In this document: positions 50,726 through 62,854 of the stretch, in pieces
Layout of the letters: each line of letters starts with the position of its first letter
Numbering within the stretch: the first letter of the stretch is position 1
From: Lama guanicoe
Lineage: Eukaryota
Direction: 5' to 3'
Length of the DNA stretch: 64,000 bases
Assembly (NCBI GenBank): GCA_013239625.1
Contig: MU054187.1
Coordinates: forward strand, 8,823,231-8,887,230
The notes under the pieces: model-generated
Told to the model about the DNA's origin: nothing
The model's database searches: none
What the model saw: only the letters and a program-made list of their open reading frames with translations
Position numbers and translations under genes: made by a program

Positions 50726-51849
50726 ATCCCCTGCTTCCCTGAATGGAGGGCAGTGGCCCAGGCAGGCCGAAATATGCTCTGTCTCTTAAGTTGGAGTTGA
50801 GCACAGCTCTCCCCATTTCTGCTTGCTGATTTATCAGCTCTTGTTTATCACAAAAGAGGCAAGAAGTTAAAAAGGAGGGGGGGGTGTATCATCCCCCCAA
50901 ATGGAGAAGAGTTTTATTTTGCATTTGCAACCACATAAGCTTGAAACTGAGCCTACTGGAGCGTGTAGAACAGCTTCACGGATGAGGAAGCAAGATGGCA
51001 CAGAGGAGGGAGAGCTGAGTTCAGTCCCGGCTACAACTCTCTCACGATGTGGGTAGGAGGCAACTTACTTAAACTCTCCTAAGCGGGGCTCCCTGTTCTG
51101 TAAAATAGACACAACCATGTCCACCTCCGCTGGAGGCAGTAGTGCCTGCCCCAGCAAAGGGCTGGCTGTATGAACGCTTTGGTTGCTTCCATCGTGGAGA
51201 GGAGGGGGTCTCAGTGCCTGCAAGGAGGGCTGGCCGCGGCCCACATACCCTGAGAAATCATGAAAGGCCCAGATGAGTCCTCTCCACGGTCACTGAGAGT
51301 CACAGAGGCCATCAGAATCTGGAATGAGGACAGGGAAGGGAGGGCAAGGAGAAAGGAGCCACTTTAAAGTGAGGGAAAAAGACCTTGTTTGAGGTGCTGT
51401 GCCTATTCATCCTAGAAGCCGACAGCACAGAGGAACAAATTAATAATGTTCTAGTTTCAGGACATTCTAATTTTTAGAAACTGCAAGAATTCAGACCCAC
51501 GGGGATTTCAATTCACACCCACTGGACAACAAATTTTCATCTTTGTGGTAATCCTGGAGATTTCATAGACAGGCTTCTGAAAGAGAACAGGAAAAAAATA
51601 TATATATACATACACATATATGTTTAAATGTGTATATCAGAAAAGGAAGCTAAAATTACTACCAGTAAATGAACAATCCCCTGTATTTGCCACGAGTCCC
51701 TCTGTAATGAACTGTAACCTATTCATTAACTGGGAGGAAGAAATATGGAGACAGGAAATGGGAAGGGGTGGAGTGTGGGGGCAGGTGAGGGGGTGGAAGA
51801 AACCGCTTTATCTCTAACAAGATGCAGTGAGATACAAATACAATCAAAG

Positions 51850-52020
51850 GGGTTAATCTAATCCCTTTGTGAAGCACTGAGTCAGAGAACAAGACAAAAA
51901 CAAATCTGTGATCTGGAACTTCCCGAGCCCCCACTCGGGGGGATTAATGAGGAGTACACGGCTGTGAAATTACGTGCCCTCTGAGTCAGGAAAATGGTCC
52001 TACTGGTGCATGACCTTGAA
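51850..52020. promoter_or_regulatory. Candidate enhancer (motif cluster)
   Basis: TGAGTCA twice (51878, 51982), kB site GGAACTTCCC (51915), TACGTG (51971), TGACCTTGA (52011), TAATCC/GGATTA twice. Confidence 0.35.
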
Positions 52021-53003
52021 ATGAGGGGACGCAAACTTCACCTGATCCACAATTACGGAGCCCTGAAAGGAGGGGCCCGGGCAGAGGCGAGGGGAACGCG
52101 TGAACAAGGCTGGGCGAACGTCCCGAATATGAAACCCACAAATCTCCACCGACCCGAGGCTTGAAAGGGGGATCTAAACACAATATAAAATATTCAGAGG
52201 ACTTTAAAAGGCCGCTGGCATTTGTGTGGAAGCCGGAGGAGGCAAGCCTGTCCTCTTTATTTACATGAAGTAGATATTTTGTGGCTGCTGTTACGGACTT
52301 AGTGATGTTTGCTCTGTTCAATTTTCTCTTTGCGATGAAAAATCGTTGTGAGATGATTTCTAGTCTTAGCTGCTTTACATGACAGTATTATCAAGGATTC
52401 ATCAAGAGGCCATCTGTCGAATTTATGAAAAAAATATGCAAAAACAAAACAGAGGGAAAGGAAAGAGCAAGACAGACTGGTCCAGGGGAAGATAGATGTG
52501 GCAGCATGTGCCTCCGTGTGAAAATTACAGCATTTAAATACTGCGGAATAAATTACTGCGCCGAAAAATTAGTGACGCTCTCCCACTCTAGGCGCTACCC
52601 TGACCATAAGAGCATAATGAAATATATCACATATCAAATCACCCTTTCCTCAGACTATTATTATATTCTAATGAAAAATTAGGAGAGGAGAGACACATAA
52701 ACCTCAAATGGGAGGGATGACAATGAGCCAGAGTTGGACTTGCTCTGCTATCGAGCCGTGAGAAGCTTCTCCAAAACGCACAGTCCATATGGAAATAAGA
52801 GCTTTTCTCCCCTGTTTATTAGAAAGTCAATAAAATAAATTACAGATTGTGTGGAAAACTGAAATAATATATATTAAAATGACAACGAGGCTGGCCAAGC
52901 TTACACCCAAATTAGATGGGCTGTAAAAACAATGTATTTCAGAAAGGAAACTGGAAGGAGCAGAGAAAAGCCGGAGGATAGGGACACATGACCGGAGCTG
53001 CGG

Positions 53004-53019
53004 TGCTGCCCCCTGTAGG
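53004..53019 (-). promoter_or_regulatory. CTCF-like motif
   Basis: Minus strand CCTACAGGGGGCAGCA compared with the CCASYAGRKGGCRS core. Confidence 0.35.
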
Positions 53020-53454
53020 CGACACGCAGAACCACACACACACATACAGTCCTGCTCCTGCAGAAGGAAGAGCCCAGCCGACAGCTCTGCCTGATCTGAG
53101 GGCTGTGGGGACAGACTCCCCACAGATCTAGGCTTGGGTTGGTTCCCTTCAGAATCTGTTTCCAGCCCCTAACTCTCATAGCGGCTTCCTCCTCCCCTCA
53201 GGGGCCATCTCCCTCCCCAGTTCCTTCCACTTCCCTCTCCCCTCCTAGAGTCTGATCCAAAGGAAAACTTCCATTCCCGTGCTTTAAGATGTTTAACGGT
53301 GACGTTAAATATTAAGTACAATGCTCCAAACGCACCATGAAGACAATAGTTGGCACCAATCCCTAGATTTCAAAAGAATGGGAGGAAAAGAACAAAGTCC
53401 TGTCTCACCATGAGCCAGTGAGAGTAGTAAGTGCAGAATGGAAAATTGTGAACG

Positions 53455-53690
53455 ATCAGAGTATGAGTTAACAGTAGCCTAAGCACTGTGCATTGATTAA
53501 CTATTATAACCCTGGCACTAACCCTATGAGATAATGATTATTTATCATTGTTCCCCATTTTACAGACAGAGAAACTGAAACACAGAGAGATGTAAGTATC
53601 CCAACTAAAAATCACATAGCTATGGTGCAGGGATTCACACCAAGGCTGACAGGTTCAGAGCACATGCTCCAATTCATCAGCTTTAACACC
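53455..53690 (-). mobile_element. MIR SINE
   Basis: ccctatgag...ccccattttacagacagagaaactgaaacacagaga...ggattcacacc. Confidence 0.85.
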
Positions 53691-55569
53691 TCCCACTAGG
53701 AATGCAGCTGTGGTTCCTCATTTGCTTTGTTTGAAATGTTACAAATTCTTCAATCAAGAAGTGTAAGAACAAAAACTATCCTTATGCAAAATGAGGTTGG
53801 ACCATTTCATCCCTCCCACTGACACAAACCACAATCCTAAACAGCTCTGGCTCTCTCTCCTAGCTAGCCTTCTTTCTGATAAGTGGAGAATATATATTTT
53901 TAAGTGTTCCCTTCCATTTCATAATGAACAGAGGAAATAGGGTAATGATAATAAAGACAAAGAAGGTTACATTAACAAAAGGTAGAAGGTGAGAAGCAAA
54001 GCCCGAAGGTCTGGTTTAAGGGAACTACTCGGAACTTAATTAGGCCCTCCCAGATGCTCTCCACCTTTACTTTCCATACTGGAGAATCCTGAAACATATG
54101 AGCTCTATAATATATAAGAATTTGCAGAAATGTTATCAATACAGCCAAAAAATCTCTGACCTGCATGAAACATCTGATTAAAGACTTCACATCTGAACTG
54201 AGCACTGTGTGTCATCATTAAACCAAAAGTTTATAAGAGAGTAAGTAACATTATCTGGGAAATGAAAAATAATTTCAGTATTGAAAACACTCAAATAGCA
54301 TTATCGATCCTACATAAGACAACCCTCATTATCTATGTTGGCCCTCGTAAGACATTTATGTTGAAACTTTTCTTCTATTTATACTTTCATCACAGAAAGC
54401 TGACCAACTTTAATCCAGTACCTTATTTTATTTTCAACTTTACTTCTACTTTATATGGAATTATGATTATCTGTAAATAAACACTGGGGTATATCCATTC
54501 AAGAAGTTTACTGGTCTCAACTCACCCGGTACTGATTGTGATGAGATTAACCACTTCTGATATTCACCAAATAGGAGTTCCCCCACGGAAGCATCTCAGC
54601 CGTATTAATTATGGATGACACGGTCAGTCCTCAGTTCCTCTTTTCTTTCACTCCCTATTACACGTAAGCACAACAGACATAGACAACACTTCTTAAAAAT
54701 ATAGAAATAAATTATTATACATTATATTTCAAATTATAAGTACAGTAGGATCATACTCATTGGACACCTTATGTGAGCTCAGCCCTTAATCCTAAAATCC
54801 AGGGATTCAAAATGCATTTTTTATCTAATTTCTATCTAAACTGACCCCCAAAAGGGGAAGAAGATAGACTGACCCTCTCACACCTCCTGCTCACAAGTTC
54901 TTTGGTTTAGTAACTTGAAATCTCTATACTGATACAAGTAGCTTAGATTGAGCCAGATTTTCCTGGTGTGTGAATTAGCCAAGGACATAGTAAAACAACT
55001 GCCAGCTACCACAATGGCCTTGGACAAATTTAAAAATGGACGAGCATGAAATACTTTATCTACCAGCAGTGTTTGCCCAAACACTTTGACTCTCAATTCT
55101 CCTGTTTCTCCTACGTCACCAGATTAGGAGGCACCCTGGTCCCCAGATGGGCCACATGTAGACGCCTTCATAAACAGGTGTGGAGAGTCGGACTCTGGCC
55201 ATCCAAGATCCGGTACCAAGGATGACTCTCCATCCAGGAATCCTTTGGTAACTGAAAATCTTATCAGTTTATGTGTGTAAGACTAAGTTTGCTTACTGAA
55301 TTGCAATCTGACTTAACTTGCTTCTCCTTGACTCCCCCATGAGTCCCCAATAGACCTTGAAAAAGGCATCATGTTATATCCACATCACTCCATACAACTA
55401 TTTCTAATATACTTTTCAGCTTTGCTTTACTTCTGTCTCTACTTAACCATTTAATTATACTCTTATTAAGCCAGAAATTTCTGTTTGGATAGGTCTTCAC
55501 TCAGATGCATATTTGAAGCAGTTACTGAAGATGTTTTTCCCTCCAGAATGTCCACGTATTTCCTTTCCA

Positions 55570-55770
55570 TCAACCCATCTTCCTTGGTCTCTTGCTAAAT
55601 TAACCTCCTCCAGGAAGCATTCTGTGATTACCCTAATACACAATGATCACTGCTCTCTACTCTTGTATATCATTTTTTTCTCATCTGAAGAACAACACAA
55701 TGGGCTATTTATGTATTCTTTATACACAGGGACTTATACACTTAGGTGTTCATTATGTTTGTTGAATTTA
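55570..55770 (+). mobile_element. L2 3' fragment
   Basis: acctcctccaggaagcattctgtgatt...taggtgttcattatgtttgttgaa. Confidence 0.65.
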
Positions 55771-56529
55771 AGCAAATTCTTGCTCTATTTGTTTGTAATT
55801 TATCTATTTAACTAAAATTCATTTATAACATTGGTAAGTTAGTTAACTTATAACATTTCTCCTGTGTGAATATAAAAGTAAGTCATTAGAGGATACTATT
55901 CTTAAATTTATAGCAGGAAAAAAATATAACGTAATAAGCATTTCACGCTTACTGTCCTAAACAGAATTCTTAATTATTATACCCAGAAACTGTCCCTCTC
56001 CCAGCATTCATTATCTCTAAAAATGTCATGATCATTCACCTAGTTTCTTAAGCCAAAAACCTTAGCTCACCTTTGTCTCTACTCTGGCTCATCGCTAACT
56101 CACCATTGGCATTTACGAATGCCTTATTACACCACTATCTATACAATGAGAAGAGTGACACCTACTAGCTTCAATTTAGATGAAGGCTGTGATGCTTCTT
56201 CTGCACATAAAGCTCTGACCCAGTAATTTTTCTAAAATGAAAAACAGGTGATTTCTGTACTAGTGAAAACTAAACAGAGACTGAAGATAACTGTTTTCAA
56301 AATGTTTAAAGGTACTATGTTTCATCTGGGATATTTTTATAAAACAGACCTCAAATACTGAAGAATCTGAGTGAGGGTTGCTCTGACAGCACCCAGTGAA
56401 CGTGGATAAGAAACCCCTACACGTGCATAGGGCTAAACATTTGTCATCCCTGTTCTTATTATGAGTGACAATATTCTATGCTATATTGAAGTTTGTAATG
56501 GCTCTTGTGGCCTGGTATGTCATTTCTCC

Positions 56530-56680
56530 CTTACCACGGCACCATGACAACTATTATTGCCATTTTACAGATAGAGATGCTGGGTAACTTGCCCAAGGTC
56601 ACTCAGTGTGTCACTGCTGAAATTCATCCCAGAACCTCAATTTCCCAATGCCTGGTATAGTGCACATTCTACTAGAACTT
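56530..56680 (-). mobile_element. MIR fragment
   Basis: ccattttacagatag...gtaacttgcccaaggtcac. Confidence 0.75.
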
Positions 56681-57827
56681 TCTCTGGGAAATTCTCACCC
56701 TATGAAAACAGTAGCAGATCTCAAATGTGTATGTTTTCACATCACTACACACAGGGGTACACACACACACCACACTGAGTTTCTTTACAGTCACCAAAGA
56801 AGCAGGTTGTTTCAGAGGGTCCACGACCACCCTCGAATTCAGGAATTTGCCTGCCTGACTCCCTTAGATGAGAGTATTTCATGAGAAGCCTGAATCAACT
56901 GAGACCCCATTAACGCACATTCAATTAGTCCCTCGGTGCATGACACCACCTCACAACGGAGTCGCTGACACCAATAACAGATGCCCCCGCCAGTCCCCTT
57001 GGCGTGTCGCACGGAGGAGACGGAGCTCAGGCCCAGGAAGTGTAGGGCGTGAAGCCAGAGCTACAAGGCAAATATCCCGGTGGCAGTCCGGCCTCGGGAT
57101 GTACTTGGGTCCATTTTGTTCATTTTAAAGCCACTGCTTTTATAGAACAAATCTCTTTTGATCTGTGCCTGCTCAGCATGTGGAGAGGAGGCTGAGAGAG
57201 TGTGTGTTATCTTCGTTAAATAACCGTTACACCAAATAAACCCTAGGCACACCACTCAGCCTCTTAGAAACGGAAAATAAATCATCACCAAAAAGCTTCT
57301 CTTACAAACCCACAAATCATCAGAAATATAAATGCTTTCCTTTCTATCCCCATGTTTTAATAAAGACTCCCCCCTCCTCTTTTTTCAGACTCACTCAATT
57401 ACAATATCACTATCAGTTCACATTACAGGTCAGAGATATGGCGCTTAATGTATGTAGAGCCAGTTCCCCGCTCCTAATAACCTGTCATTCCGGGGATTTG
57501 AATGTCAGAATACAGCCTGCCGCAGTAATGCTGGTCGGCAGCCCGATGATGAAAACTTTGGACAAATCATGAGGAACACTCCAGATCCACATCATCGGAA
57601 GGTTACCGGGGAGAGCCTTCCATTCTGCTTTGACCCCTTGATCTGACAAGTGACACCTACAAAATGAACAGCTCTCCAACTCAAATTGTTTAACTGTAGC
57701 CTGATCAGTTTTATTATCTTGCTAATCCGGATATCAGCCGTTTCATCAGAATGGAAGATATGCATATCATGAATTATTTTGACACGGGGACCTTTTAATT
57801 TTTGCCAGCAATATTTCACTGCCCCAA

Positions 57828-58099
57828 TCAGGGCCCGCAGTCACTGATGCCGTTCGCCTCCTGGGATGTCAGAGGACAGCGCACTCCTGACAGCACCAAA
57901 TCATCCGGGAGCTGTAACGAGCCATTGCTGCAATTATTGCCATCTCCTGTAGTCGTGCATTTCATTACCGCGCAGGCAGCCGGGGCCTTGGGGTTCAGCG
58001 CAGGCTTCCTCAGGAATCTCTGCCATTTTATGGGCTTGCCGAGCTCTGGGGTATCGTTTCCTTTCTCTTTCCCCTCAGTAGACAAGGCGAGGTGAATTT
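57828..58099 (-). other. Candidate terminal coding exon, phase 1 (unverified)
   Basis: ttttgtttttattag|AAATTCAC..., 89 codons IHLALSTEGKEK...EANGISDCGP then TGA. Minus-strand AATAAA at 57710-57715. Confidence 0.2.
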
Positions 58100-58676
58100 C
58101 TAATAAAAACAAAACCCTAGGTAGGCACTGCAGGAAGAGCGAGCTCAGTACAGGACATTAAGCAGTACAGCAGCGTGAATGGCCCACTTGAAGCTGATGA
58201 AAGCAGTGGTTAATCAGCAATATGGTTTGCTACAGAGAGAAATAAAGAACAGTTTATCCTGGAAAATAATGCTCCCTTCTAAACGGCGAAGCACTAAGAC
58301 TGCTTTCTTAAAGAGAACTCCCTTCTCCCCTAGCTGTGTTTCTTAATTTCTCTCTGCCCTGCTAAACATTTCCTCCTTTTGAATCTCCACCCTAAGAGGA
58401 CGCAGCCCCGCTCTGGGCCTGGACCACAAGGTCTGCGTTCCTCAACCTGCGCTCTGGCCTCACGCCACCAGCCACACCGGGTACGCGCTGCCATCCTCAC
58501 TCTGAGGCTGTCGCGGTCGTGTGTGTGGCTCACCACGCTGCAGCGCACCCGCGAGGGAAATGTTTCTCTAATCTCGCAAACAGCGGCTCCGTATTTACTC
58601 TGGAGGCACTGTGAATCATATCATTTATTGTTTCCTTTTGCGATGGCCCCTAGAAGCCTCACAACTAAATCCGATG

Positions 58677-59280
58677 TTTCTCAAAAAAGTAAACACAGCT
58701 ACCACAGAATCCAGCAATCCCATTTCTGAGTATACCCCCAACAGAATGGAAGCAGGGACCCAAACAGACATTTGTACACATGTTCATAGCATCACTGTTC
58801 ACAACAGCCAAGACGTAGGAGCAACCCAGCTTGCAATGAACCCACGTGTCCACTGACGGCTGGATGGGTAAACAAAATGTGGCCTGTGCATACAATGGAG
58901 TATCAGCCTTAAAAAGGAAGGGAATCCTGGTAGTGCTACAGCTCAGATGAAACATGAAAACGTTATGCTAAGCTCAATAAGCCGGTCCCCATAGGACACA
59001 AATACTGTATGATTCCACTTTTCTGACCTACCTAAAATAGTCACAGTTACAGAGACAAGAAGTAGTTACCAGGGGCTGGGGAGACCAGGAAATGAGGAGT
59101 TACTATTAATAGACACAGAGTTTCATTTGGGGATGATGAAAACTTCGGGAGATGAAAGGTGTGATGGTTACACAGTAATGCGAATGCACTCAGTGCCACT
59201 GAACTGTACACTTAAAAATAGCTAAAATGGTAAATTCTACGCTGTGCATATTTTACCACACACACGCACACACACACACA
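58677..59280 (+). mobile_element. L1MB-type ORF2 end and 3' UTR with (CA)n tail
   Basis: ccagcaatcccatttctgag...aaatactgtatgattccac...gccactgaactgtacacttaaaa. TSD core aactaaat (58663-58670 and 59281-59288). Confidence 0.9.
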
Positions 59281-61000
59281 AACTAAATTTGCGGCCAACC
59301 TCTAGCAAACGAAAAGGATCTCAAAGCACTTACATTATATACTTACCTCCCTGCTGCCTTCATTGATTCTTCCTCCCCTTTCATTAGCTTTATTTTCCTT
59401 ACTGACTTTATAGAAATATTATTTTATTGTTGTGTGCTAGTTTTTATAGCACAATGACTTCAATGGTGGGGTTTTTCTTCCAAAACAAACAAGGAATTCC
59501 ATGTTAAAATACACTCACCCTGGCAAGATAAAGCTAAAGCTGTTGGTTATTGTATCCCAGGAAGACAGTAAGTGAGGAGTACGTTTTTTGAAGCCCATTA
59601 GTGACACTGAGATGAGATGGGAAAGCTGAGAGGCCAGGCTGCCTCCTCACTCCTCCTTGAGTCAGGGGAACCACTATCTCCTCAGTGCCCCCAGCAGCCT
59701 GTCCAGAGCTCTCTGGCCCTCCCCCACCTTCTGTTCATCGGTGGACAGCCTCTCTCCCCCAGGCCCAGCCGGCCAGCTCTCCCTGCGCAGCCTCACAGAG
59801 CCCCAGGCTCAAAAGGATACGTGGTTTATGGCTTGCAGTCAAATACTGAATTTCTAAACAACCATTAAACAAGGAGCCCCCAAATTTTCATTGTGTGCCT
59901 CACAAAGTGTGCAGATTCACAAATGAGGTAGTGGGTCTGGCCTCCCCCAGACAGTGAGAATCTTATAGGAAAAGAATCGGTTTTTGTTTGTTTCTTTGTT
60001 TGTTTGTTTTGGCATAGTCAGTCAACCCCAGGGCCTGAGAAGTGATTCCACAGGAAATATTCAACACATGTCTGTTGCAAAAATGACAACAGAAACTATA
60101 GGAGGCCCTTTATTTCATAAAACTAAATACTTTTTCCTCATAATCACTATACCAAACCCACTCCACAAGAAGCCTGCAGTGGGGGGCAGCTTCGCTGGGG
60201 AAAGGGAAGCTCACGAACGTGACCAGGAATGAAGGAGACACCACGTCCCTTGGCCTTTCCTAGGCTGGCATCCGCACGCAGAAACCGCCTTTGATGTGAG
60301 GAGAGAGGTGCGTGTTGCACCCACAGCTCAGCCACTTCAAGAGAGAGTCACGCGTGGAGTCATCCCAGGCAAGTCATTGTTGACACTAACTCTCCAGAGA
60401 GGTGACTTTCCCAGCTTCCCTGTGTAACGCAGCCTAGCCACCCCATGATTCTGCGCAACTTCCCTGGGTGGTAAGGCTTTAATGGTTCTCCACGGGAGTA
60501 GCTAGAAACTCAGAGAGAGGGAACAAAGCAGGAAGAAACTCGGGAGTACAGGGAGTAGAAAGCTAAGGAAGGAAGACAAAAATGCAGTCAGAAAGAAAAA
60601 AAATGATCATCAATGATCATCATGAATTAGGGCTTACAGCTCTCTTCAAGTCCAAGGGCTTTATGATACCAAACTTCCAGGGAAGGTCTGTAGATGTTGG
60701 GGGAAGGGGTCGGGGGGCTGACTCAGATCATTTCTTTGATTTCCCAAAACCTAACAAAATTTGAAGAAATTTCAGCAGAAGAATGGCCTTCTGGGGTCTT
60801 GGAAATTAGTCATTGAATTTCTATCTCCATGAAGATCAGGGGTCAGGGTAAATCAAAGACATTAATTTGAGGCAGGAAAAGGGAAAATTAGCAAATTGGG
60901 TGTGGATGGTGGGGACCAGATTCGAGAGGAGATGGCGCCCGGGGGCAGCGTTTTCTAATTTGCAGACTTTCACTGAGCCATCCCCCACCCACATGCTCAC

Positions 61001-61168
61001 TCTGTTCCTAACAGCATCTTCATCAATTAAGATTCCCTGAGACTGGCAGGCTCCAAGATCAACAGTACCATCCACAGATTCACTATTCCACTGGCAAGGC
61101 GAACAATTCCGAATATTAAAAGTAAAGCGACACATTCTGCCATGTCTTTTGTATACAGACAGCTGAAG
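61001..61168 (-). other. Candidate 168-nt frame-preserving cassette exon (unverified)
   Basis: actttcacgcag|CTTCAG...AACAGA|gtgagc, 56 open codons in phase 0. Confidence 0.15.
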
Positions 61169-62854
61169 CTGCGTGAAAGTTTGGCACCAAAAGGCCAAGT
61201 ACCATATTTTCAGCCACCCACACGCCAAACCCCATAATAACTACAGACTCTAGATGTGAAATTTTCAGACATTTGCAGCTTAAGAAAACTAATAGTCATG
61301 TTTCTTCATGTGCTTCCTTTCCTAACAGGGCAGTTTCTCAACTTTGAAACCTCATCAGTGTAAGCTAAAGAGAACAAAGGGTGCTGCAGAGATATTTTAC
61401 CAGATGTCAAATGGCGCTTATTTATTTGAACAGAAAACCCCACTTTGTACGTTTGGTTCATTTAGTGCTATGTGCTCTGTAACAAGTATTTTTTATGAGT
61501 AAAACGCTGCCACCAGGGCACTTACGTTACAATAGGGCTTGGGGAAAGTCTGTTAGCTGAGACTAAATATTGCTCTTTTTGCTTTTGGTTGCAATGTAAA
61601 TTCCACTCCCATCCTCCGTCTATCACAGGAGAAAAACACTGTTGCTAACGTCATCCCAGGACTAATGCTTGGTCCTTCTGTGGTCATATCTAGAAGCAAA
61701 GATGTTCAGTTGGCTGTGCTTCTCAAGGTATGGGTATAATATAAGCTACAAGGTATTCATTTCCTCAAAGATGACAACAGGAAACTTATTATAGTCGGCC
61801 CTACCTATCTGCACATATAACTGTATTTTATTATCCAACTATAATTCCCTTCTGTATGAATATCTGAATGCGCCATCAGGACCTAAAGGCTTAGAGTTTA
61901 TGTTACCCATTCAGTGAGGATAATAGGATGGTTAATTCGACACTCCTCTGAATCTCTGCAAATAAGGGAAATTTAAATAGTTCAATATGATAAGTCTGGA
62001 TGTCCCTCATTCTGTCCAATAGAAAATATAATTCTAGATCAGATCTTTTGTCAAAGATGGGGTGTGTGATGTTCCTCTCCTACCATAGATCTCACCTTGT
62101 GTAGAATAGAAACAGACAAAAAGCTTTGGAGATAAGCAAATAGATGAGGAATCTATTCCCAGGTTACTGAGTCATCAGCGCCACATTCTACACAGCAGAG
62201 TGGAGTGCCAACCCCCCTGAAAATACAGTGGATCAAGAGTGTTTACAAGGAGAACTTTCAACAAGTACAAAAGAGAATCTGAGCATTTTCTGGTAGTTTA
62301 AGGCTCCTGATACCAGAAGCAACCTCTCAGCACAGAATGGCCGGAGACATAAGTGAGGGGGAGAATTTAGGATGGGGTCAACAACACTTGGACAGTGAAA
62401 GAACAGGAGCCCCGGCCAGGCTTGTACAGACTAGTCACTTAGTTACACTAGCAGAAGGATTTTTACCAGCTCCTTGATGAGGAGAAATTGGCAGATTAAA
62501 ACAGCAGCACTGTATGCCATCTATAACATAGTGCACATAATTTTATTTGATATAATTTTTCCACAAAGTGTCATAGTTCTCATCCCACACTATGCTTTAT
62601 TCATATTTAACTGCTCTTTTTCAACCCAGGGTTAAATAACTCAATCAAGTTTATATTATACTTAGAAAACTAGATGAAAAGGGGCCAAAATAGTATGGTA
62701 GTGAAGATTTAGATATCTTCATTTACCAGATATTCATAAATAGAGTATCATAAGATATCCACTGGGGAAGTAGCATCTCTTACTGAATGCTATGTTAACT
62801 CATTTCTATCAATTTGCTGGCTTATGTTTCCGGAGAAAATTCACCAATTCAAAA

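Noticed and set aside
54878..55096. 72-aa minus-strand ORF
   Set aside because: No homology or splice support. The region may be a highly decayed ancient LINE.
59347..59520. Strong minus-strand donor GAG|gtaagt at 59347
   Set aside because: No single convincing acceptor could be paired with it.
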